A DNA stretch of 64,000 nt from a virus. The notes below the pieces were generated by a model. It did no database searches and was not told the origin of the DNA. It saw only the letters and a list, made by a program, of their open reading frames with translations. Below, one piece after another: positions 58,025-64,000 of the stretch. Position numbers and translations under genes: made by a program. Position 1 is the stretch's first letter. Every line of letters starts with the position of its first letter. Location of the stretch: IMG/VR virus record IMGVR_UViG_3300021964_000013; one strand, given 5' to 3'.

Positions 58025-58150
58025 ATGAGAGAGATACTACTTGATATGTACGAGAAACTTTGGAACGCTGACAAGGACAAGTGGACTTGGAATGTGATAC
58101 TGAAGGACACGCTTGAGAAATTAGAGACCAAAGATGATACAGAACGATAG
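58025..58150 (+). CDS. Minigene in repeat array (41 aa; not in ORF track)
   Basis: MREILLDMYEKLWNADKDKWTWNVILKDTLEKLETKDDTER, after AACACCAAAGAAAGATG. Confidence 0.45.
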   Translation: MREILLDMYEKLWNADKDKWTWNVILKDTLEKLETKDDTER

Positions 58151-58256
58151 GGTTTTGTGTCTTTAATAGAACATTATGTCAAGTAAACTGCACAAGATGC
58201 TTGACACCTTTAACGACAGAGGGACATTGATGTCCCTCTGTGAAAACAAAAGAGAA

Positions 58257-58499
58257 ATGAAAACACCAATGCAAGAGTTGATTGAGCAACTCAATGAATT
58301 AGAAGCAAAGTTAACCTCATTAGAGGATGCAATGTATCGTGGAGGCGTAAGAAACGCTAAACGATTAGCAGAGGAACTACTTAAGAAAGAGAAAGAAATC
58401 ATCTGCAACGCCTTTAGTGATGCACAACACGGAGCAGTTGAGTCAAGATGGACTGCTGAAGAATACTTTGAAGAAACCTTTAACACCAAAGAGAGATGA
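58257..58499 (+). CDS. Minigene in repeat array, MKTPMQELIE family
   Basis: Ends EEYFEETFNTKER. Confidence 0.7.
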   Translation: MKTPMQELIEQLNELEAKLTSLEDAMYRGGVRNAKRLAEELLKKEKEIICNAFSDAQHGAVESRWTAEEYFEETFNTKER

Positions 58500-58678
58500 A
58501 AAAGTTTATAGTTTTTGCATTCAGCCAATACTACCCCGCAGGTGGTATGGATGATGTAGTAGGTAGTTTTGATTACTTTGAAGATGCTGAAGCCCTTGTT
58601 CAAAAGTATAAGGATGATGACTACTATGACCATTATCAAATCTTCAATGCTGTGACAAGGGAGTGGAAAATATATTAA
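58496..58678 (+). CDS. Minigene in repeat array, hypothetical
   Basis: F...YYPAGGM.D..GSFD..EDA. Confidence 0.65.
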   Translation: MKKFIVFAFSQYYPAGGMDDVVGSFDYFEDAEALVQKYKDDDYYDHYQIFNAVTREWKIY

Positions 58679-58690
58679 CACCAAAGAGAG

Positions 58691-58918
58691 ATGAAAGCTA
58701 TCTTAGAGTTTAATCTTCCAGAAGACCAATCTGACTTTGATTTAGCGGTCAATGGTGCTAAAGCACAAGTAGCTCTTTGGGAAATGGACCAATGGTTACG
58801 AGCACAGTGTAAGTATATGCCTGACGATGAATACAGTAAGGATAAATACGAAACATTTGTGAAGTGCAGAGGCCAGCTCCGTGAGATTATGTTTGAGAAT
58901 GGATTAAAATTTGACTAA
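58691..58918 (+). CDS. Minigene in repeat array, conserved phage hypothetical
   Basis: MKAILEFNLPEDQ..F..A ... LW.MDQ.LR...KY. Confidence 0.7.
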   Translation: MKAILEFNLPEDQSDFDLAVNGAKAQVALWEMDQWLRAQCKYMPDDEYSKDKYETFVKCRGQLREIMFENGLKFD

Positions 58919-58930
58919 AAACAAAGAGAG

Positions 58931-59104
58931 ATGAAAACAAACTACGAAACCCAAAGAACAGTAGAAGGACGAGAAACTATTACTGAGATAGCTCGTTACG
59001 CGGCAAAGAACATGCTACGTACTAAAGGTAAATCAGATCACTACGCGAAAATCGTAGACGCTTGTAAAAGCGATCTAGCTACATACGGTTTTGAGCAAGA
59101 TTGA
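58931..59104 (+). CDS. Minigene at the end of the repeat array (57 aa; not in ORF track)
   Basis: MKTNYETQRTVEGRETITEIARYAAKNMLRTKGKSDHYAKIVDACKSDLATYGFEQD. Confidence 0.5.
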   Translation: MKTNYETQRTVEGRETITEIARYAAKNMLRTKGKSDHYAKIVDACKSDLATYGFEQD

Positions 59105-59229
59105 TATACTACTAGCAATATTAGTTGTAGTACCTTGGAATGCTTATCTTATATACAAGATGAGGAAAGACCGCACAGACTAAATACGATGCGGTACATA
59201 TAATAACAGTGTAATTTAATTATATCCAA

Positions 59230-60090
59230 TTGAGACAACTCAAAATTCAACAGCAGATTACGGTCCGAGAATCGAAATCTGTTACTTCCTATTTCAACGA
59301 TATCAACAAAGAGCCAATGGTTGAGCCAGACGAAGAGTCTGATTTAGCTATTAAAATTCAGCAAGGCGATAAAGCAGCTCTTCAAAGACTTATAAAAGCA
59401 AACCTCAGATTCGTAGTATCAGTTGCAAAGCAATACCAAAACAAAGGCTTAAATCTTGAAGACTTGATTAGTGAGGGTAATATAGGTTTAGTTAAAGCAG
59501 CAGAACGTTTTGATCACACTAAAGGCTTTAAGTTTATATCTTACGCAGTGTGGTGGATTAGACAATCTATAATGCACGCGCTTGGTGAATATAGTAGGCA
59601 AATACGTCTACCACAAAATCAAATAGGTCTGCTACGTAAAATCAATAGTGAAGTTATAGAGTTTATGCAACTCTATGATAGAGAGCCAACACCACACGAG
59701 TTGTCAGAAAAAATAGGCGAACCTATAGATAAAATCGAGTTTCTACTAAACAGTAATTTCAACGCTTCTAGCCTAGATGCTCCTTTAAGTAATGGTAGTA
59801 GTGATGATTTTAGTATGCACAATATACTTTCGTCAACCATAGAAACAGATAAGGAAGTGATGAGGCAGTCTTTATCCACTGATATCAACAAGATATTAGA
59901 CGAGTTACCTGAAAGACAGGCTTATATACTGAAGCGTACGTTTGGCATAGGTTGTGCTCACGCAGAAACTCTAGATGAGATAGGCGAAGAGCTAGGCATA
60001 AGCAGAGAACGTGTTCGTCAGATCAAAGACACAACAATTAGAAAAATAAAAGGCAAAGGTTGGGATAAAATTTTAATAGAATACTTATGA
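59230..60090 (+). CDS. RNA polymerase sigma factor, RpoD/SigA family (Bacteroidota primary-sigma-like)
   Basis: MRQLKI..QIT.RES N-terminus; ANLRFVVSVAKQYQ, EGNIGLVKAAERFD..KGFKFISYAVWWIRQSI, TLDEIG...SRERVRQI. Confidence 0.93.
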   Translation: MRQLKIQQQITVRESKSVTSYFNDINKEPMVEPDEESDLAIKIQQGDKAALQRLIKANLRFVVSVAKQYQNKGLNLEDLISEGNIGLVKAAERFDHTKGFKFISYAVWWIRQSIMHALGEYSRQIRLPQNQIGLLRKINSEVIEFMQLYDREPTPHELSEKIGEPIDKIEFLLNSNFNASSLDAPLSNGSSDDFSMHNILSSTIETDKEVMRQSLSTDINKILDELPERQAYILKRTFGIGCAHAETLDEIGEELGISRERVRQIKDTTIRKIKGKGWDKILIEYL

Positions 60091-60701
60091 TAAATCTTTT
60101 AACTCAAAACCGTAAGCTAGTAAAAACAAGCAAGCTTTCTGGTTTTCGTGTAGTAAATTTCGGTATACCTGCTTACAAATCCACTACTGGTAAAGTGACA
60201 TGTCCATTTGCCGACGAATGTATAAAGTACTGCTACGCGCGCAAGGGCGCATTTAAATGGCCGAACGCTATCAACGCATACGAAAACAGATTACGTATTG
60301 CTAGAAGCCCCGATTTTGAGTCTCTGATGAACTCTTCAATCACATTAAACAATCCGCACTATGTTCGTGTCCATGATTCAGGCGATTACTTTTCAAAGCG
60401 TTATTTAGAGCGATGGTTTAACATTATGCGTAGCCATCCAAGTATTCGTTTTTACTCCTACACTAATAGTGTGTTATTAATGAAGCAATATAGTACTGAT
60501 ATGCCTCATAATTTCGACTTTATACTAAGTACCGATGGTAAACAACGCGAGCACGTAGATAAAGAAAACGATCGCCACGCGGTTATATTCAACACAGTTG
60601 AAGAATTAGAAGCTGCAGGTTATGTCAACGCCTCAGAAAACGATTTGCTAGCAACACGCTGGTTAAGCGACAATAAAAAAGTTGGTCTTATAAAACACTA
60701 A
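60087..60701 (+). CDS. Phage gp88-like protein (radical-SAM-related)
   Basis: TCPFADEC.KYCYAR.G, YVRVHDSGDYF, FYSYT. Confidence 0.7.
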   Translation: MINLLTQNRKLVKTSKLSGFRVVNFGIPAYKSTTGKVTCPFADECIKYCYARKGAFKWPNAINAYENRLRIARSPDFESLMNSSITLNNPHYVRVHDSGDYFSKRYLERWFNIMRSHPSIRFYSYTNSVLLMKQYSTDMPHNFDFILSTDGKQREHVDKENDRHAVIFNTVEELEAAGYVNASENDLLATRWLSDNKKVGLIKH

Positions 60702-60707
60702 ACATCC

Positions 60708-60956
60708 ATGACAAGAGAAGAAATGCAAGAGCTAGCTAGGCTAGTTGTAAAGTATATGTTTGAAGAGATAGACTCTCAATCTAAAGCCAACGATAACCTA
60801 TTACGAGATATTATAGACAAAGACGATATCATCAAAGAGATCGAGCGCTTACAACATTTAGTGTTAGAGTGCGAGAAATCAGAGTCTTATGAAGAAGCTA
60901 TATTGTATATGGATAAAATAACAGCACTTGAAAATCTATTAAAATCTAAATTATGA
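60708..60956 (+). CDS. Hypothetical protein with UVR-like helix pair
   Basis: E.YEEA....DKI..L. Confidence 0.55.
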   Translation: MTREEMQELARLVVKYMFEEIDSQSKANDNLLRDIIDKDDIIKEIERLQHLVLECEKSESYEEAILYMDKITALENLLKSKL

Positions 60957-61165
60957 TAAAGATATTTTTAAGAAAAAGACGGCATGTTAGATTTGTACAT
61001 AGCCGCTTATATGATCTTAAGTATGAGATTCTTAACAAGTCATTGAAAATGACAGAAATTAAAGATGAGGATTTAGGCCATTTACTTGATGAGTTTCAAA
61101 CTATACAAAGTAAAGCTAGGCTATTTAAGAAGTATCAAAGACGTTTAAAATTGTTACGATTCTAA
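60953..61165 (+). CDS. Hypothetical protein
   Basis: 70-aa ORF, ATGA overlap. Confidence 0.55.
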   Translation: MIKIFLRKRRHVRFVHSRLYDLKYEILNKSLKMTEIKDEDLGHLLDEFQTIQSKARLFKKYQRRLKLLRF

Positions 61166-61207
61166 TAGTGTGACAATAGGGTGTTAATAGTAACTAGTAG
61201 GGGGCTA

Positions 61208-61825
61208 ATGTCACATTCCAGATTGGATAGGCTTAATAGAATGAAGGTCGTATATCGTAAAGACCCTCACTCAGATAAACCAACAGAGGTTTACTGGTGG
61301 GGTAAGTTTTATGAATATGGTACACACCAATGCTTCGATCTATTTCGTAGTAAGGCTAAAATAACTACGTATAAGTCTTTAAAATGGCACAGCATCGTAC
61401 TTCGTTATCTTAATCAAGAGATGTCTGAAGATAATTTTAAGGATGTTTTATTTTACGTAGGTAATCCTTTAAATGATTTCATTACATTTGAGATAAGCGA
61501 GAATATTGTAAATGAGTTAATTACGGACTTACGTGGTTACGATTTAAGAATAGCACCAAAAAACAAATCAAGGAAAATTATATTTAATGACGGTGTCCCG
61601 CTTAGCATTAGTGAAAAGCTGAAAATCGTAGGTAGCTTAATCGGTAGAGGTAAACGCTTTACTGAAGAAGACATCTACGAGTCGATGCTATACATCCATG
61701 CTAACGGCGACAAAATTACGGTGAGAAAGATCGCGAGTACACTTGGTTGCTCAGATAGGACGATACATCGTAATATGAGTGATCAATTGAAAAATGAAAA
61801 AGATTTACTCAATGCGTCATTATGA
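61208..61825 (+). CDS. Hypothetical protein with C-terminal HTH
   Basis: ITVRKIASTLGCSDRTIHR. Confidence 0.6.
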   Translation: MSHSRLDRLNRMKVVYRKDPHSDKPTEVYWWGKFYEYGTHQCFDLFRSKAKITTYKSLKWHSIVLRYLNQEMSEDNFKDVLFYVGNPLNDFITFEISENIVNELITDLRGYDLRIAPKNKSRKIIFNDGVPLSISEKLKIVGSLIGRGKRFTEEDIYESMLYIHANGDKITVRKIASTLGCSDRTIHRNMSDQLKNEKDLLNASL

Positions 61826-62580
61826 AAAAATACAACCCGCGTACTTACTCCTCTTATAAAGAGAGTGTAAACGCAGCTAAAGCTAGGATAAGAAAAGAAA
61901 CACTAGCTAACTTAAACAGAGATGAAGTAATCACGATGTACCTACCTCTAGTCGAAAATCTCGCCAGAAAGTTCTCAACAAGCCAGCAAGCAAGCGGCGT
62001 GATGAGTCTAAATGATATGATACAAGAAGGTTCTATCGGCCTTATAATGTCATATGATACTATCAAGTGGGACAAGATTAAAGAAAGCCCAGATCCAGAA
62101 CGTACAATAAGATCTTTCTTTTCCAAAAGAATAAAAGGCGCGATTCGCAGAGCGATAGATAAAAACAGAGGTGATATACGTATACCAGAACATAAGCTAA
62201 ACGAGATTCGTAAAGACAACGGAAAAGACAAAAAGCTTATGCAGATGTTCTTTAACAGTATATTCTTGTCTATAGATGAGAAAGTAGAAAACGATGAAGA
62301 ATATGCACATCAAGTAATTGACACATCTAAGCCGTATACAATAAATAAGATAAACGACTACCTCATGGATCTCATGTCTAGAGTATTAGAAGAAAGAGAG
62401 TATGAGGTAATAAGGTTGTCTTACGGTTTAGACTGCGATAAGCATTCTGCAAAACAAATAGCTGAGATCGTCGGCATTAACGTTGATACCGCGCACGTAC
62501 GTGTGTCTCAGATTAAACGTAACGCACTGGAAAAATTAATGCAACGCGTAGATCGAAACATGTTATTGGAGTTCATGTAA
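61822..62580 (+). CDS. Second, divergent sigma70-family factor
   Basis: YLPLVENLARKF, DMIQEGSIGL, IRIPEH, region 4 S.KQIAEI.GI....VRVSQIK..AL. Confidence 0.8.
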   Translation: MKKYNPRTYSSYKESVNAAKARIRKETLANLNRDEVITMYLPLVENLARKFSTSQQASGVMSLNDMIQEGSIGLIMSYDTIKWDKIKESPDPERTIRSFFSKRIKGAIRRAIDKNRGDIRIPEHKLNEIRKDNGKDKKLMQMFFNSIFLSIDEKVENDEEYAHQVIDTSKPYTINKINDYLMDLMSRVLEEREYEVIRLSYGLDCDKHSAKQIAEIVGINVDTAHVRVSQIKRNALEKLMQRVDRNMLLEFM

Positions 62581-62593
62581 TTAAAAAACCAAA

Positions 62594-62667
62594 GCGCTTG
62601 TAGCTCAGCTGGATAGAGCATCTGCCTTCTAAGCAGACGGTCATAGGTTCGAATCCTATCAGGCGTA
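62594..62667 (+). tRNA. tRNA-Arg (anticodon TCT)
   Basis: Acceptor GCGCTTG/CAGGCGT, D-arm GCTC-AGCTGGATA-GAGC, anticodon arm TCTGC-CTTCTAA-GCAGA, T-loop GGTTCGAATCC; no encoded CCA. Confidence 0.95.
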
Positions 62668-62683
62668 CTAAAATTAATAAATT

Positions 62684-63151
62684 ATGAAGTTAGAAGTTTT
62701 AAGATTTAGTAGTGAAAAAGACAGTACAAATGGGTTATTATTCGATGTCTCAGACGGGCGTTCATTCCTTTGTTACACCCTTGAAGACGAACACAGAGAC
62801 GAAAAAGTTATGGCTGAAACTAGAATCCCCGCAGGAACATACAGGATTACTCTCAGGACGACTGGAGGATTTCACGGAAGATATCTAAAAAAGTATGGCC
62901 AAGACTTTCACAAAGGAATGCTATGGGTACGCGATGTCCCTAATTTCGAGTATATTCTTATTCATACTGGTAATACTGATGAGCACACTGCTGGGTGTCT
63001 TATTGTTGGTGACAGTCAACAGGCCAATTTTGGCGAAAGCGATGGTTTTATTGGATCAAGCAATGCGGCTTATAAAAGAATATATCCTGCTATTGCTCAA
63101 GCACTTACGTCAGGTGAAGAAGTCGAAATAACATATATCGACTACGATTAA
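62684..63151 (+). CDS. DUF5675 family protein
   Basis: CYTLED, IPAGTY, VPNFEYILIHTGN, TAGCLIVG. Confidence 0.8.
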   Translation: MKLEVLRFSSEKDSTNGLLFDVSDGRSFLCYTLEDEHRDEKVMAETRIPAGTYRITLRTTGGFHGRYLKKYGQDFHKGMLWVRDVPNFEYILIHTGNTDEHTAGCLIVGDSQQANFGESDGFIGSSNAAYKRIYPAIAQALTSGEEVEITYIDYD

Positions 63152-63205
63152 TTCTTCGAATTATTTTTGTATATTTATATTATAAAACAGTTAAATCAAA
63201 ATTCC

Positions 63206-63730
63206 ATGGGTAAATTACATGAGAAGTTATCTGCTATCCAGCAGGACTTTAAATCCAAAAAAAGCCGTTACAACAGTTTCGGAAAGTACAACTACAGAAG
63301 TGCTGAAGACATTCTTGAAGCACTAAAACCAGTCAATCTTGAATGGAATGTGTATTTCACGATTACAGAAGAGTTTATACCTGGTCAAGTACCTGTTATA
63401 GTATCTACCGCTACGATCTCTGATGGCGTAGATGAAATCTCAGCTAAAGCGGTTGTTGGTGTTGATCTACTACAAAAAGGTATGCAAACACCACAAGCAT
63501 TTGGCTCTGCAAGCTCTTACGGCAAAAAGTATGCATTGGGTAACTTACTACTCATTGATGACACCGCCGATGCAGATGCTACAAATAATCATAGCAAAAC
63601 AAAGCCTGAATTAAAAGGCGATGATCTAGAAAAAGCAAAAAGTTACATTAAGAATGGTGGTAGCGTAGCTGCTATCAAGTCTAAGTACAGCTTATCGAAA
63701 GAAGTAGAACAACAACTCGCAACACTCTAA
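63206..63730 (+). CDS. erf: ERF-family ssDNA annealing protein
   Basis: NSFGKYNYRSAEDILEALKP, QAFGSASSYGKKYAL..L..IDD..DAD. Confidence 0.88.
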   Translation: MGKLHEKLSAIQQDFKSKKSRYNSFGKYNYRSAEDILEALKPVNLEWNVYFTITEEFIPGQVPVIVSTATISDGVDEISAKAVVGVDLLQKGMQTPQAFGSASSYGKKYALGNLLLIDDTADADATNNHSKTKPELKGDDLEKAKSYIKNGGSVAAIKSKYSLSKEVEQQLATL

Positions 63731-63731
63731 G

Positions 63732-64000
63732 ATGACAAGAGAGGAAATAATCAACAAGTTAGACAAAGACGAACACTACTACGGTGAGTTTGGGCGTCAG
63801 TACTTAAGTAATTCAGATATCAAGACGTTGTTATCTAATCCACTAATGTTCAAGCAGCAAACCGAAAAAACTGTTCCAATGCTAATTGGTGGTTATTTCC
63901 ATACTCTTGTTTTAGAACCCGAGAAGTTAAAGTCCTTCAAAGTTATAGAGTCATCAACTCGCAATACTAAAATGTATAAAGAGATAAGCGAAGGTGAGTT
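63732..64000 (+). CDS. RecE / DUF3799-like PD-(D/E)XK exonuclease (partial, runs off the window)
   Basis: YYG....YLSNSDIK.LL.NP ... GGYFH..VLEPEK; adjacent to erf. Confidence 0.7.
   Translation, partial: MTREEIINKLDKDEHYYGEFGRQYLSNSDIKTLLSNPLMFKQQTEKTVPMLIGGYFHTLVLEPEKLKSFKVIESSTRNTKMYKEISEGE

Larger units (their letters stand above)
56851..58936 (+). repeat. Dispersed gene-junction repeat (ACCT)TTAACACCAAAGAGAGATGAAA, about 10 copies
   Basis: Exact 22-mers at 56856, 57110, 58480, 58675; variants before ATGs at 57352, 57585, 57752, 58006/58025, 58257, 58931. Confidence 0.9.

Noticed and set aside
56851-58936. CRISPR array
   Set aside because: Units are ~170-270 bp and protein-coding, the repeat is non-palindromic and contains start/stop codons, and no cas genes are in the window
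56851-58936. Classical integron attC array
   Set aside because: No GTTRRRY/RYYYAAC inverted core pairs or attC-like hairpins in the repeat, and no tyrosine integrase in the window
1-64000. Stop-codon reassignment as seen in some large phages
   Set aside because: TAA, TAG and TGA all end genes cleanly and recognised enzymes are full length under the standard code

Overview
Gene-dense, AT-rich dsDNA phage sequence (standard genetic code), most consistent with a large or jumbo tailed phage of Bacteroidota (probably Flavobacteriia). Support for the host: TTTG-N18-20-TAnnTTTG promoters, A-rich non-Shine-Dalgarno starts, a Bacteroidota-type sigma factor and an Hc1-like protein. Layout: (1) <1-9241, a giant modular tail-fibre-like protein, followed by three paralogous ~375-aa repeat proteins, two chaperone-like genes, and a radical SAM / peptidase-U32 / methyltransferase trio. 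An outer-membrane-like protein and a transporter follow (to 18.9 kb). (2) 19.4-24.6 kb, a minus-strand glycosyltransferase/epimerase cluster. (3) 25-56 kb, accessory and metabolic genes (thyA, thioesterase, chorismate mutase, IscA, nagB, PIG-L, rfbC, mgsA, metK, pyrimidine-dimer glycosylase) among hypotheticals, with three recognisable promoter classes. This part includes a module encoding a circularly permuted ATP-grasp domain fused through a Hint (self-cleaving) domain to a 67-aa, 10-Cys peptide, next to a sulfotransferase; this is the best candidate for an undescribed system. (4) 56.8-59.1 kb, an array of ~200-250 bp minigenes separated by a conserved TTAACACCAAAGAGAGATGAAA junction repeat. 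(5) 59.2-64 kb, a compositionally different segment (CTAG/AGCT-rich) with two sigma factors, a gp88-like gene, tRNA-Arg(TCT), DUF5675, ERF and a RecE-like nuclease; it may come from a second phage joined at the repeat array. All calls are by eye from motifs; no database search was run.
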